Positions 23,045 through 32,846 of a DNA stretch of 64,000 bases are shown in pieces. The position numbers were made by a program, and so were the translations under genes. Under the pieces are notes generated by a model, which searched no databases, was not told where the DNA came from, and was given only the letters and a program-made list of their open reading frames with translations. How positions within the stretch are numbered: the stretch's first letter is position 1; each line of letters opens with the position of its first letter. The stretch is from NCBI GenBank assembly GCA_035498835.1, contig DATJZU010000026.1, forward strand, positions 922 through 64,921, written 5' to 3'. The stretch comes from Thermoanaerobaculia bacterium. Lineage in GTDB: Bacteria; Acidobacteriota; Thermoanaerobaculia; UBA5066; Gp7-AA6.

Positions 23045-23730
23045 GTCGCTCGGCGCTCACGCCCGAAACGCAGGGGCTCGTCCGCATCGGCGCCGGGCGC
23101 GCCGGTCTCGAAGGAAGCCTGGCCATTCCGGAGGGCGCCACCGGGCTCGTGGTCTTCGCCCACGGCAGCGGCAGCAGCCGCCACAGCCCGCGAAACCGCT
23201 TCGTGGCCGAATCTTTGCGCCGAAAGGGGCTGGGCACGCTGCTCATCGACCTGCTGACGGAAGACGAAGAGGACGTCGACGTACGGACGCGGCGCCTGCG
23301 CTTCGACATCGATCTGCTCGCCGGCCGGCTCGTCGCCGCGGCCGACTGGCTATCGCGCCAGGACGCGACGCGCCACCTGCGCATCGGCTTCTTCGGTGCT
23401 TCGACCGGCGGCGGCGCGGCCCTCGTCGCCGCGGCCGAGCGCCCCGACCTGGTCGGCGCGGTCGTCTCGCGCGGCGGCCGGCCGGACCTGGCGGGCGCCG
23501 CGCTCGCGCGCGTTTCGGCGCCGACGCTTCTCATCGTCGGAGGAGAAGACGACGTCGTGATCGATCTCAACCGCGCGGCCTTGGCCCAGCTGCGCTGCGA
23601 GGCCAGGCTCGAGATCGTCCCCGGCGCGACGCATCTCTTCGAAGAACCGGGAGCCCTCGGCCGAGTCGCCGATCTGGCGGGCGCATGGTTCTCCCGGCAC
23701 CTGTCGACCGAGGCGCCCGGCCGAAAGTAG
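23041..23730 (+). CDS. Dienelactone-hydrolase-like alpha/beta hydrolase (type usually paired with phosphoribosyltransferases)
   Basis: FAHGSGSSRHSPRN, RFDIDLLA, FGASTG, VSRGGRPDLA, ATHLFEEPG; ATGA coupling. Confidence 0.85.
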   Translation: MSRSALTPETQGLVRIGAGRAGLEGSLAIPEGATGLVVFAHGSGSSRHSPRNRFVAESLRRKGLGTLLIDLLTEDEEDVDVRTRRLRFDIDLLAGRLVAAADWLSRQDATRHLRIGFFGASTGGGAALVAAAERPDLVGAVVSRGGRPDLAGAALARVSAPTLLIVGGEDDVVIDLNRAALAQLRCEARLEIVPGATHLFEEPGALGRVADLAGAWFSRHLSTEAPGRK

Positions 23731-23738
23731 CCGTTCGG

Positions 23739-24830
23739 CTACGCCGCGAAGTCCTTCAACCGGACCGGAACCCGCCGCGCTCCCCAGATCCCGGGCTCGT
23801 CCTCGAAGACCCCGGCGCAGGGTGCGCCGCAAACCCCGCACCGCCCTTCCTCCAGGTTCCAGTCGGTCAGGACGTAGCCGTCCCGTCCGATGAGCAGGGC
23901 GCCGCAGGCGTGGCAGAGGGTGTCGCCTCCCTCCCGCTCCATGATGTTGCCCGTATAGGCGTAGCGCACTCCGTTCTTGAGCGCGATCCGGCGGGCGCGA
24001 AACAGCGTCTCCGAAGGAGTCCGCGGGACGTCGAGCATCTTCCAGTCCGGATGGAAGGCGGAAAAGTGCAACGGCACGTTCGGCCCGAGGTTTTCGACGA
24101 CCCACTGCGTCATCTCCTCGATTTCGCGGTCCGAGTCGTTGTGGCCGGGAATCACGAGGTTCGTCAGCTCGAGCCAGACCTTCGTCTCCTTCTTCAGATA
24201 GACGAGGGTCTCGAGCACCGGCTCGAGGTGCGCTCCCGTCACCTCCCAGTAGAACTTCTCCGTGAACGCCTTCAAGTCCACGTTGGCCGCGTCGATGTGC
24301 GCGTAGAAGTCGCGGCGCGGCTCGGCGCACATGTACCCCGCCGTCACCGCGACGGCCGCGATCCCTTTCTCGTGACAGGCGTCGGCCACATCCATGGCGT
24401 ACTCGTAGAAGATCGTCGGATCGTTGTACGTGAAGGCGACGCTGCGGCAGTCGAGCTCCCGGGCGGCGCGCGCGATCTTCTCCGGCGAGGCCTCGTCGGC
24501 AAGCTTCGCGATCTCCCGAGACTTGCTGATGTCCCAGTTCTGGCAGAACTTGCACGAGAGATTGCACCCCTCGGTCCCGAAGGAGAGAACCGGAGTGCCG
24601 GGCAGGAAATGGTTGAGCGGCTTCTTCTCGATGGGGTCGATACAGAAGCCGCTCGAGCGCCCGTACGTCGTCAGGACGATCTGCTCGCGCTCACACGCGC
24701 GAACGAAGCAGAGACCGCGCTGGCCCTCCCGCAGGGTGCAAAAGCGCGGACAGACGTCGCACTGCACACGGCCGTCTTCCAGCCGATGCCAGTACTTCGT
24801 GTCAACGACCGGTCCCTTCGATCCGGGCAT
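23739..24830 (-). CDS. amrS: AmmeMemoRadiSam system radical SAM enzyme
   Basis: N-terminal CDVCPRFC..CFVR, DPIEKKPLNHF, GCNLSCKFCQN (CxxxCxxC), FTYNDP, FSAFHPD, C-terminal CHAC/CGVC. Confidence 0.9.
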   Translation of the reverse strand: MPGSKGPVVDTKYWHRLEDGRVQCDVCPRFCTLREGQRGLCFVRACEREQIVLTTYGRSSGFCIDPIEKKPLNHFLPGTPVLSFGTEGCNLSCKFCQNWDISKSREIAKLADEASPEKIARAARELDCRSVAFTYNDPTIFYEYAMDVADACHEKGIAAVAVTAGYMCAEPRRDFYAHIDAANVDLKAFTEKFYWEVTGAHLEPVLETLVYLKKETKVWLELTNLVIPGHNDSDREIEEMTQWVVENLGPNVPLHFSAFHPDWKMLDVPRTPSETLFRARRIALKNGVRYAYTGNIMEREGGDTLCHACGALLIGRDGYVLTDWNLEEGRCGVCGAPCAGVFEDEPGIWGARRVPVRLKDFAA

Positions 24831-24965
24831 GTCGCAGCATGGCCTCCCCGCGCCGGGCATCGATAGATCCGTTTGCATCACGCCGCCGGAGCGTCTCCAT
24901 CGCTGATGCAATCGGATCTTGGCCGTACCGCCCGCGCCGCCGACACTCGGCCAGGAGGAGTTTCT

Positions 24966-25445
24966 ATGAAAGTCCGCAATGTGATGAAGAAGGACGTCAA
25001 GTTCTGTCCTCCGGAGGCGACGCTCGCAGACGTCGCGAAGCTCATGGCAAGGAACGACTGCGGGGTGGTTCCGATCATCGATGCGCAAAAGCGGGTCGTC
25101 GGCATGATCACCGATCGGGACGTCTGCCTCGAGGTCGGGACGAAGGATCGGCTTCCCTCTCGCGTCTCGGTGCGGGAGATCATGAAGCGCCGCGTCTACG
25201 GCTGCGGACCCGACGAGGAGATCCAGGCCGCGCTCGAGCAGATGCGCAACCGCAAAGTGCGGCGCCTGCCCGTGCTCGAGGAGGACGGCCGTCTCTGCGG
25301 GATCCTGTCGCTCGACGACATCGTGCTGCGGGTTGAGGAGGGGTTCGGGCCCGAGCGGCCCGAGCTTTCCGACATGGAGGTCGTCGAAACCTACAAGAGC
25401 ATCACGCGACGGCCGGCCAAACCCCAGAGGATCATCCAGGCATAA
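24966..25445 (+). CDS. CBS-domain protein
   Basis: Two CBS repeats (GMITDRD; VRRLPV...GILSLDD); strong GGAGG. Confidence 0.85.
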   Translation: MKVRNVMKKDVKFCPPEATLADVAKLMARNDCGVVPIIDAQKRVVGMITDRDVCLEVGTKDRLPSRVSVREIMKRRVYGCGPDEEIQAALEQMRNRKVRRLPVLEEDGRLCGILSLDDIVLRVEEGFGPERPELSDMEVVETYKSITRRPAKPQRIIQA

Positions 25446-25473
25446 ACCGGCGGACTCGCGGCTCCCGGCCGGT

Positions 25474-27120
25474 CTACGAGGGCCTGCCGCGCCGGTACCG
25501 CCGGATCAGGTTGTTCGTCGAGCTGTCATGGGCGGGCGGCGGGTCCTCGCGGCTCTCGAGCTGCGGAAGGATTCGCTGCGCGAGGACCTTCCCGAGCTCC
25601 ACGCCCCACTGATCGAACGAGTCGACGCCCCAGATTGCGCCCTGCGTGAAGACCACGTGCTCGTAGAGCGCCACGAGCGCGCCGAGGGTCTCCGGCGTCA
25701 GCCGCGGCGCGAGGATCGTGTTCGTCGGGCGGTTGCCCTCGAAGACGCGGTGCGGCACGAGCCATTCCGGCGTGCCCTCTGCGCGGACCTCCTCGCCCGT
25801 CTTCCCGAACGCGAGCGCCTGCGTCTGCGCGAAAACGTTGGCGAGCAGCATGTCGTGGTGCCGGCCGAGCGGGTTCAGCGTCTCGACGAACGCGATGAAG
25901 TCGCATGGGATGAGCGGCGTACCCTGGTGGATGAGCTGGTAGAAGGAATGCTGGCCGTTGGTTCCGGGCTCTCCCCAGAAGACCGGTCCCGTCGCGTAGT
26001 CCACCGCCGCGCCCGAGAGCGTCACGTGCTTGCCGTTCGACTCCATCGTGAGCTGCTGCAGGTACGCCGGGAAGCGTTTGAGGTACTGCTCGTACGGCAG
26101 CACGGCCACGGTCTGCGTCCCGAAGAAGTCCGTGTACCAGACGCCGAGCAGCCCCATCAACGCCGGCAGGTTTTTCTCGAACGGGACCGTCCGGAAGTGC
26201 TCGTCCATCGCGTGGAAGCCCCGCAGCATTTCGCGGAAGCGATCCGGACCAATCGCGATCATGGTCGAGAGCCCGATCGCCGAGTCCATCGAATAGCGGC
26301 CGCCGACCCAGTCCCAGAAACCGAACATCTGCGCCGTGTCGATGCCGAATTCCGCCACCTTCGCCGCGTTCGTCGAGACCGCCACGAAGTGCCGCGCCAC
26401 GGCGCGCGTGTCGCCGCCCAGGCCGACGAGCAGCCACTGCCGCGCGCTCGCCGCATTCGTCATCGTCTCGAGCGTCGTGAAGGTCTTCGAGGAGACGATG
26501 AAGAGCGTCTCCGACGGATCGAGGTCGCGCGTCGCTTCCGCGAAATCCGTGCCGTCCACGTTGGAGACGAAACGCATCGTGAGGTTCCGATCGGCGTAAT
26601 GCCGGAGCGCCTCGTTCGCCATGACGGGGCCGAGATCCGAGCCCCCGATGCCGATGTTGACGACGGCGCGGATCCGCTTCCCGGTGTGGCCCTTCCAATC
26701 GCCGCTTCGCACGCGGCCGCTGAACGCCGCCATGCGATCGAGCACCTCGTGCACGCCGGGCACGACATTCTCGCCGTCCACGGCCATTGACGCGCCCTTC
26801 GGCGCGCGAAGCGCCACGTGCAGGACCGCTCGGTTCTCCGTGACGTTGATCCGGTCGCCGCGGAACATCGCGTCGATCCGAGCGCGCAGGCCGCACTCGT
26901 CCGCGAGACGGAGAAGCAGCGCGAGGGTCTCGTCGGTGACGCGGTTCTTCGAGTAGTCGAGGAACAGTCCCGCGCCCTCGGCCGTCAGCCGTTCGCCGCG
27001 TTTGGGATCTTTCGCGAAGAGCTCCCGCAGGTGCAGGCTCCGAACCTGCGCGTGGTGCGCCGCGAGCGCCTTCCAGGCCGCGCGCGCGGTGAGATTCCCG
27101 GCGCCCATTTGTTCTCCCAT
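25474..27120 (-). CDS. pgi: Glucose-6-phosphate isomerase
   Basis: [65 protein letters not shown]. Confidence 0.97.
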   Translation of the reverse strand: MGEQMGAGNLTARAAWKALAAHHAQVRSLHLRELFAKDPKRGERLTAEGAGLFLDYSKNRVTDETLALLLRLADECGLRARIDAMFRGDRINVTENRAVLHVALRAPKGASMAVDGENVVPGVHEVLDRMAAFSGRVRSGDWKGHTGKRIRAVVNIGIGGSDLGPVMANEALRHYADRNLTMRFVSNVDGTDFAEATRDLDPSETLFIVSSKTFTTLETMTNAASARQWLLVGLGGDTRAVARHFVAVSTNAAKVAEFGIDTAQMFGFWDWVGGRYSMDSAIGLSTMIAIGPDRFREMLRGFHAMDEHFRTVPFEKNLPALMGLLGVWYTDFFGTQTVAVLPYEQYLKRFPAYLQQLTMESNGKHVTLSGAAVDYATGPVFWGEPGTNGQHSFYQLIHQGTPLIPCDFIAFVETLNPLGRHHDMLLANVFAQTQALAFGKTGEEVRAEGTPEWLVPHRVFEGNRPTNTILAPRLTPETLGALVALYEHVVFTQGAIWGVDSFDQWGVELGKVLAQRILPQLESREDPPPAHDSSTNNLIRRYRRGRPS

Positions 27121-27236
27121 CGCGCCTCCCGCGTCTCTCTATACCTCTTTCCGACGCCTTCCCGCGACGCTCTCGACCGCTTCGGTATGATCCGAGCCCC
27201 GGGGCGAGATCTTCGCGTCTCGGGAGGAGGCGTCCC

Positions 27237-28256
27237 ATGCAGCTCGGAATGATCGGCCTCGGACGCATGGGGGCCAACATGGTCCGCCGCCTCGTGAAGG
27301 GCGGCCATTCCTGCGTCGTGTTCGACCGGAGCGCCGACGCCGTCAAACAGCTCGCCGGCGAGGGCGCAAGCGGCGCGTCCTCGCCCGACGATTTCGTCAA
27401 GAAGCTCTCCCCGCCGCGCGCCGCGTGGCTGATGGTGCCGGCGGCGGCCGTCGACGCGACCCTCGCGGATCTCGCGCCGAAGCTCGCGAGGGACGACACC
27501 GTCATCGACGGCGGCAACTCCTATTACATCGACGACATCCGCCGCCAGAACGACCTGCGCCCGCGCGGCCTCCACTATCTCGACGTCGGCACGAGCGGCG
27601 GCGTCTGGGGCCTCGAGCGCGGCTACTGCATGATGATCGGCGGCGACCGGGATGCCGTCCAGCGCCTCGACCCGATCTTCAAGACGCTCGCTCCGGGCCG
27701 CGGAAACGTCTCGCGAACGCGCGGACGCGAGAAGGCCGGCGGGACTGCAGAGGAAGGCTACCTTCACTGCGGGCCGTCGGGCGCGGGCCATTTCGTCAAG
27801 ATGGTCCACAACGGCATCGAGTACGGCTTGATGGCGGCGTACGCGGAAGGTTTGAACATCCTGAAGAACGCGAACGTCGGCAAGCACGCGCGAGAGGTGG
27901 ACGCCGAGACGACGCCGCTGCGCCATCCCGAGCACTACCAGTACGACCTGAACCTGCCCGATATCGCCGAGGTCTGGCGCCGCGGGAGCGTCGTCGCCTC
28001 GTGGCTCCTCGACCTGACCGCGGACGCGCTCTTCGAGTCGCCGCAGCTCGACAAGTTCTCGGGCCGCGTTTCCGACTCGGGCGAGGGCCGATGGACGGTC
28101 CAGGCCGCGATCGACGAGGGAACGCCGGCGGACGTCCTGACGGCGGCGCTGTACCAGCGGTTCAGCTCGCGCGGCGACGCCGAGTTCGCCAACCGCGTTC
28201 TCTCCGCCATGCGCTTCGAGTTCGGCGGGCACGTCGAGAAGCCGGCGAAGGGATAA
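27237..28256 (+). CDS. gnd: 6-phosphogluconate dehydrogenase, short (YqeC/NAD+-type) form
   Basis: [50 protein letters not shown]. Confidence 0.92.
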   Translation: MQLGMIGLGRMGANMVRRLVKGGHSCVVFDRSADAVKQLAGEGASGASSPDDFVKKLSPPRAAWLMVPAAAVDATLADLAPKLARDDTVIDGGNSYYIDDIRRQNDLRPRGLHYLDVGTSGGVWGLERGYCMMIGGDRDAVQRLDPIFKTLAPGRGNVSRTRGREKAGGTAEEGYLHCGPSGAGHFVKMVHNGIEYGLMAAYAEGLNILKNANVGKHAREVDAETTPLRHPEHYQYDLNLPDIAEVWRRGSVVASWLLDLTADALFESPQLDKFSGRVSDSGEGRWTVQAAIDEGTPADVLTAALYQRFSSRGDAEFANRVLSAMRFEFGGHVEKPAKG

Positions 28257-28258
28257 CC

Positions 28259-28993
28259 GTGGCCCGCGCCCGCCGGTCCTCGCCGCGCACCCTCGCCGTG
28301 GACATCGGCGGCTCGGGCATCAAGACGATCGTCCTCGACGCCGCGGGCCGGCCGGTCACCGATCGCCAGCGTGTCGACACGCCGAGCCCGGCGACGCCCG
28401 CGGCCGTCCTCGGCGCGATCACCGGACTTGCTCGATCGCAAGGACGGTTCGACCGCGTCTCGGTGGGCTTTCCGGGCGTCGTCCGCCGCGGCGTCACGGG
28501 GACGGCCTTCAACCTCGGTCCCGGCTGGGTCGGGTACGACCTCGACCGCGCGCTCACGACGGCCCTCGGCAGGCCCGTGCGCTGCTGCAACGACGCGGAC
28601 GTCCAGGGCCTCGGCGTCGTGAAAGGCCGCGGCATCGAGCTCGTGATAACGCTCGGCACCGGCTTCGGGTCGTCGCTCTTCCTCGAGGGGCGGCTCGTGC
28701 CCAACCTTCAGCTCGGCCATCACGCGGCCTGGAAGAACAAGACCTACGAGGACGAGCTCGGGCTCAAGGCGCTCAAGAAGGCGGGCAAGAAGAAGTGGAA
28801 TCGCCGGCTCCGCAAGGCGATTGAGACTCTCGAGGCGCTCTTCAATTTCGACGTGCTCTACATCGGCGGCGGAAACGCCCGACTCGTCGAGGGAAAACTG
28901 CCGCCGCGGGCGAAAATCGTTTCGAACGACGCCGGGTTGCTCGGCGGCATCGCGCTCTGGCACGGCAAGGAGGGCCACTATGGTGTCCGCTGA
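28259..28993 (+). CDS. ppgK: ROK-family sugar kinase, polyphosphate glucokinase-like
   Basis: [37 protein letters not shown]; lacks the Cys-rich Zn site of Glk-type ROKs. Confidence 0.7.
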   Translation: MARARRSSPRTLAVDIGGSGIKTIVLDAAGRPVTDRQRVDTPSPATPAAVLGAITGLARSQGRFDRVSVGFPGVVRRGVTGTAFNLGPGWVGYDLDRALTTALGRPVRCCNDADVQGLGVVKGRGIELVITLGTGFGSSLFLEGRLVPNLQLGHHAAWKNKTYEDELGLKALKKAGKKKWNRRLRKAIETLEALFNFDVLYIGGGNARLVEGKLPPRAKIVSNDAGLLGGIALWHGKEGHYGVR

Positions 28994-30395
28994 GGGGCCT
29001 ACCGCCGGCCCGTCCGACGCCCCGGGCCGGCAAGGCCCGTCCGACGCCTTCGTCTTCTTCGGCGCGACGGGCGACCTCGCCTACAAGAAGATTTTTCCCT
29101 CCCTTCAGGGCATGGTGAAACGGGGCCGCCTGTCCGTTCCCGTCATCGGCGTCGCCAAGTCGGGCTGGACGGTGGACCAGCTCCGGGAGCGAGCGCGCGC
29201 GAGCCTTTCCGAGCACGGCGGCGTGGACGAAGAGGCCTTTCGGAAGCTGTCCGTGCTCCTCCAGTACATCGACGGCGATTACGCCGACCCCGCGACGTTC
29301 CAGAAGCTCCGCCAGGCCCTCGGGCCCGCGAAACATCCCACGCACTACCTCGCGATCCCACCGAGCCTCTTCGGCGCGGTCATCGAGGCGCTCGGCAAGT
29401 CCGGCTGCGCCGACGGCGCGCGCGTCGTCATCGAGAAACCCTTCGGCCACGATCTCGCGTCCGCGCGGGAGCTCAACGTCACGCTGCACTCCGTCTTCCC
29501 CGAGCCGTCGGTCTTCCGCATCGACCACTATCTCGGCAAGGAGGCCGTCGAGAACCTGCTCTACTTCCGGTTCGCCAACACGTTCCTCGAGCCGATCTGG
29601 AACCGCAATTACGTGGACTGCGTGCAGATCACGATGGCGGAGCAGTTCGGCATCCAGGGACGCGGCAAGTTCTACGACGAGACCGGAACGATCCGCGACG
29701 TCATTCAGAACCACCTGCTCCAGGTCGTCGGATACCTCGCGATGGAGCCGCCCAATTCCATCGATTCCGACCGGGTGCGCGACGAGCAGGTCAAGATCTT
29801 CCGCGCGATCCCGCCGCTGCGCCCGGCCGACGTCGTGCGCGGACAGTTCGACGGATACCGCAACGAGCCCGGAGTGAAGCCCGGCTCGACCACCGAGACC
29901 TTCGCCGCCGTCCGGCTCACGATCGACTCCTGGCGCTGGGCCGGCGTTCCCTTCTTCATCCGCGCCGGGAAATGCCTGCCGCTGACGGCGACCGAGGTGC
30001 TCGTGGACCTGAAGCGCCCCCCGCTCTCGAGGCTTTCTCCCGAAGACAGCAACTACTTCCGCTTCCGCCTCGGCCCCATGATCACGATCTCGATCGGAGC
30101 GCGCATCAAGAAGCCCGGCACGGAGCCGCTTTCGATGCCGACGGAGCTGGTCGCGGTGCGGGACGCCGGCCGCGACGAAGTGGACGCCTACGAGCGCCTT
30201 CTGACCGATGCGATGAAAGGCGAGGCGACCCTCTTCGTTCGCGAGGACGCCGTCGAGGCGGCCTGGGCGGTCGTCAACGGCGTGCTGGGCGATGCGACGC
30301 CGGTCCATCCCTACCCGCCGGGAACGTGGGGACCGGCCGAGGCGATGAAGATGACGGCCTCGAAGGAAGGCTGGCACGACCCGTCCCAAGACTGA
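28980..30395 (+). CDS. zwf: Glucose-6-phosphate 1-dehydrogenase
   Basis: [42 protein letters not shown]. Confidence 0.95.
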   Translation: MVSAEGPTAGPSDAPGRQGPSDAFVFFGATGDLAYKKIFPSLQGMVKRGRLSVPVIGVAKSGWTVDQLRERARASLSEHGGVDEEAFRKLSVLLQYIDGDYADPATFQKLRQALGPAKHPTHYLAIPPSLFGAVIEALGKSGCADGARVVIEKPFGHDLASARELNVTLHSVFPEPSVFRIDHYLGKEAVENLLYFRFANTFLEPIWNRNYVDCVQITMAEQFGIQGRGKFYDETGTIRDVIQNHLLQVVGYLAMEPPNSIDSDRVRDEQVKIFRAIPPLRPADVVRGQFDGYRNEPGVKPGSTTETFAAVRLTIDSWRWAGVPFFIRAGKCLPLTATEVLVDLKRPPLSRLSPEDSNYFRFRLGPMITISIGARIKKPGTEPLSMPTELVAVRDAGRDEVDAYERLLTDAMKGEATLFVREDAVEAAWAVVNGVLGDATPVHPYPPGTWGPAEAMKMTASKEGWHDPSQD

Positions 30396-30428
30396 GGACG
30401 CGGGGTCTCCGGCAAACGGCCCGGCGCG

Positions 30429-30444
30429 CGGCACGACTTTCGCT
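30429..30444 (+). promoter_or_regulatory. sigma54-like -24/-12 promoter
   Basis: CGGCAC-GACTT-TCGCT (GG-N10-GC), upstream of the small ORF at 30499. Confidence 0.45.
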
Positions 30445-30498
30445 TAGAATTTCGACGTGGCCCCATTTCGCCCCGGGAACCGGGAGGAGACCTGCCCG

Positions 30499-30699
30499 GT
30501 GATCGTCTTCACGACGCCCGGGCGCGTCTACGTCGGCGCGCTCGAGCCCGGCCCCGTGCCCGCCGTCCGTGTCTTCGGCGCGAAGTACACGCCGGGAGAC
30601 TCGATCCGCGGCGAAAAGATCGTCGGCGTCAGCGTCCCGCGCGGCGTCGGTTCCCGCCGTGCGGCGGCCTTCAACGCCGCAACGTTGCGCCTCCGTTAG
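30499..30699 (+). CDS. Small hypothetical protein (66 aa)
   Basis: GGAGGAG 9 nt before a GTG; no recognisable family. Confidence 0.4.
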   Translation: MIVFTTPGRVYVGALEPGPVPAVRVFGAKYTPGDSIRGEKIVGVSVPRGVGSRRAAAFNAATLRLR

Positions 30700-30720
30700 G
30701 GGACCGCCGGCGCTCGCCCC

Positions 30721-30906
30721 TCAGGCGCTCTTCTTCTTCGGGACCTTCGCCCCGGCCTTCCGCGCTTCCGACAGGCCGATCGCGATCGCCTGCTTGCGGC
30801 TGGTGACCTTCTTGCCGGAACGGCCCGATTTCAGCGTTCCGTGCTTGCGCTCGCGCATGGCGCGTTCGACCTTGCTCTGAGCCTTCTTGCCGTACTTTCT
30901 CGCCAT
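30721..30906 (-). CDS. DUF6496-family small basic protein
   Basis: KVERAMRERKHGTLKSGRSGKKVTSRKQAIAIGLSEAR signature. Confidence 0.85.
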   Translation of the reverse strand: MARKYGKKAQSKVERAMRERKHGTLKSGRSGKKVTSRKQAIAIGLSEARKAGAKVPKKKSA

Positions 30907-30978
30907 CGAAAATCTCCTTGTTCGTGCGGCCGATCGAGACGGGCCGGCGATTGCCGACCGCCGGCCCCGTGCGGCGGA

Positions 30979-31179
30979 CTACCGTTTTTCGTTCTCCAGA
31001 GTGTCGTCGTCCGATTTCTCGCCACGGCTCCCGGTGAGCGAGTCCTCCGCCTTTCCGCCCGTGAAATGCCCTTCGCCGTTGCGGGCACGGTCCTCTCCCG
31101 TCTTCTGCCCGTGCGCGCTCTTCCCCGGCGAGCCGCTTCCCCCGTGAGGGCTCTTCTTGTCGCGATTCCGATCCGGCAT
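30979..31179 (-). CDS. Small hydrophilic Gly-rich protein (stress-protein-like)
   Basis: GGAGG RBS; highly charged and Gly-rich, including GHFTGGK. Confidence 0.55.
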   Translation of the reverse strand: MPDRNRDKKSPHGGSGSPGKSAHGQKTGEDRARNGEGHFTGGKAEDSLTGSRGEKSDDDTLENEKR

Positions 31180-31220
31180 GGTTGACCTCCCTGGAAGATT
31201 CCTCTTCCGCGGAAGTTCGA

Positions 31221-31236
31221 TTCAAGGAGCGTGCCG
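31221..31236 (-). promoter_or_regulatory. sigma54-like promoter (variant -12)
   Basis: Minus strand CGGCAC-GCTCC-TTGAA upstream of 31179; GA replaces GC at -12. Confidence 0.35.
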
Positions 31237-31250
31237 CGTTCGCCCTCGAG

Positions 31251-32264
31251 TCAGCGGTGGCCGACCACGGCCGCTCTCGCCGCGGCGGGCGCGGCCATCG
31301 CCGGCGCCGCACCCGTCACGGGCGCGCCCGAAAAAGTCATGGCCGCCCCTCCGGCGGCGAACGTCGGGGCCAGGACCGGCGTGCCGTTGGCGTCGATCGC
31401 CAGCGGCACCGAGCCGGGCGAGCCCGCCGGCGCGAGGATCGGCGTCCCGTTCGAGCCGATCGTCAGAGGGACCGACCCGGGAGTTCCGGCCGGCGCGAGG
31501 ATTGGCGTCCCGTTCGAGCCGATCGTCAGCGGAACCGAGCCCGGAGTTCCCGCGGGCGCCAGAATCGGAGTTCCGTTCGACGCGACCGCGAGCGACGGCG
31601 CGTTCGGATCGAGGATCGGAGTGCCATTGGGTCCGATCACGAGCGCCGCCGCCGTCGGAGAGATCGTGGGCGTCCCGTCGGGCCCGATGACCGTCACCGG
31701 CGTGCCCGGAACGACCGGGAATCCGTTCGATCCGACGAGCGCCGGCGTGCTCGTGCCCGATGCGAGCGCGAGATCGGTCGACGACGGAACGGAAGTGAGC
31801 AGCGTGTTGACGGGGGTTTGCGCGGGCCCGCCGCCGATCCCGATCCCGTAGTAGAAGCCGTTCCACATCGGCGTTTGCGGCGCGGCCGCCGCGGAGGCGC
31901 CGCCGCCGGACGTGTCGGCGCGCGGTGTCACGTAGGCGTCGTCCGTCGTCCCGAGATCCACGACCTCGCCGGGCTCGAGCTCCTCTCCGGGCGCGCGAGC
32001 CGACACGGCCGTAGCGGCCCCGTGCAGCCGGGGAGCCTCGCCAGCCGCCTCGATCCGCGCGACCATCTCCGCCGGCACGCCGTCCAGCCTGCCGTCCGAT
32101 GCGCGGTGGAAGATCAGCACACTCCCCTCTTGCGCAGGAGCATCCATCGTCGCGACCTCGGCTCCGTTCGTCAGCTCGATGCGATGGCGGCCCGTCGGCA
32201 GCGCGGCGAGCGCTGTCCCCCCGACGGCGATGGCGAAGGCACAGATAGAAATCGTGCGGACCAT
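31251..32264 (-). CDS. Secreted protein with 21-aa tandem repeats (LAPAGTPGSVPLTIGSNGTPI)
   Basis: GGAGG RBS and signal peptide; two 63-bp units differ only at synonymous positions in this frame. Confidence 0.8.
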   Translation of the reverse strand: MVRTISICAFAIAVGGTALAALPTGRHRIELTNGAEVATMDAPAQEGSVLIFHRASDGRLDGVPAEMVARIEAAGEAPRLHGAATAVSARAPGEELEPGEVVDLGTTDDAYVTPRADTSGGGASAAAAPQTPMWNGFYYGIGIGGGPAQTPVNTLLTSVPSSTDLALASGTSTPALVGSNGFPVVPGTPVTVIGPDGTPTISPTAAALVIGPNGTPILDPNAPSLAVASNGTPILAPAGTPGSVPLTIGSNGTPILAPAGTPGSVPLTIGSNGTPILAPAGSPGSVPLAIDANGTPVLAPTFAAGGAAMTFSGAPVTGAAPAMAAPAAARAAVVGHR

Positions 32265-32290
32265 GGCAGACCTCCTCCGTCTCTGGAGAC

Positions 32291-32306
32291 TGCACCATCG
32301 GTGCCG
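32291..32306 (-). promoter_or_regulatory. sigma54-like promoter for the repeat-protein gene
   Basis: Minus strand CGGCAC-CGATG-GTGCA (GG-N10-GC). Confidence 0.5.
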
Positions 32307-32334
32307 GCATTACGCGCTCGGGCGACTCGCGGCG

Positions 32335-32350
32335 TGGCCCGTCGATTGCA
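32335..32350 (+). promoter_or_regulatory. sigma54-like promoter for the 32393 gene
   Basis: TGGCCC-GTCGA-TTGCA, one mismatch from TGGCAC-N5-TTGCA. Confidence 0.6.
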
Positions 32351-32392
32351 GAAGAATCCGCCGGACCCCTTCCGGTCCGAAAGGAGGATTCG

Positions 32393-32776
32393 ATGAAGAG
32401 ATTCTTGACGCCGATACTCGCGGCGGCCCTCACGCTGTCCGCGGCCGCCCTCGTTGCCCAGCAGGACAACCGACGGCCGAACAGCGCGCGGGATGAAAGC
32501 CCGCAGACGTACGACTCGGCCAGGTCCGCGGGAACGTACGAGGGAACGGTCTCGCAGATCGACTCGAGCGGAAGCTCGTTCGTTCTTCGCGACCGCTCCG
32601 GCAGTGAGGTCACGATCTCCTGGGATCAGTCCACGCGCCTGACCGGCGTCGAAGCGAGCCAGGGAACGGGCCTGTCGGCACTGAAAGTCGGCGACGAGGT
32701 CGTCGTGAAGACTTCGGCCCAGGGCGGCAAGAACGTCGCCTCGATGGTCCAGGTCCGCCCGAAGAAGTCGTCGTAA
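32393..32776 (+). CDS. Small secreted OB-fold-like protein (DUF5666-like)
   Basis: AAGGAGG RBS, signal peptide, GTVSQID...T...T.L...LKVGDEV.V pattern. Confidence 0.65.
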   Translation: MKRFLTPILAAALTLSAAALVAQQDNRRPNSARDESPQTYDSARSAGTYEGTVSQIDSSGSSFVLRDRSGSEVTISWDQSTRLTGVEASQGTGLSALKVGDEVVVKTSAQGGKNVASMVQVRPKKSS

Positions 32777-32846
32777 GGGTTTCCGGCGATCACGCGGGAA
32801 GCGGGGATCTTCCCCGCCCCGCGGCGATCGCGATCACACGAGGAGA

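Noticed and set aside
30405-30445. c-di-GMP-I (GEMM) riboswitch suggested by GGCAAAC
   Set aside because: Lacks the GAAA tetraloop and the GACGCAAAGC/P2 elements.
31231-31851. Plus-strand repeat ORF (GVPFEPIV...)
   Set aside because: Repeat-unit differences are all synonymous in the minus-strand frame, which also has the RBS and signal peptide.
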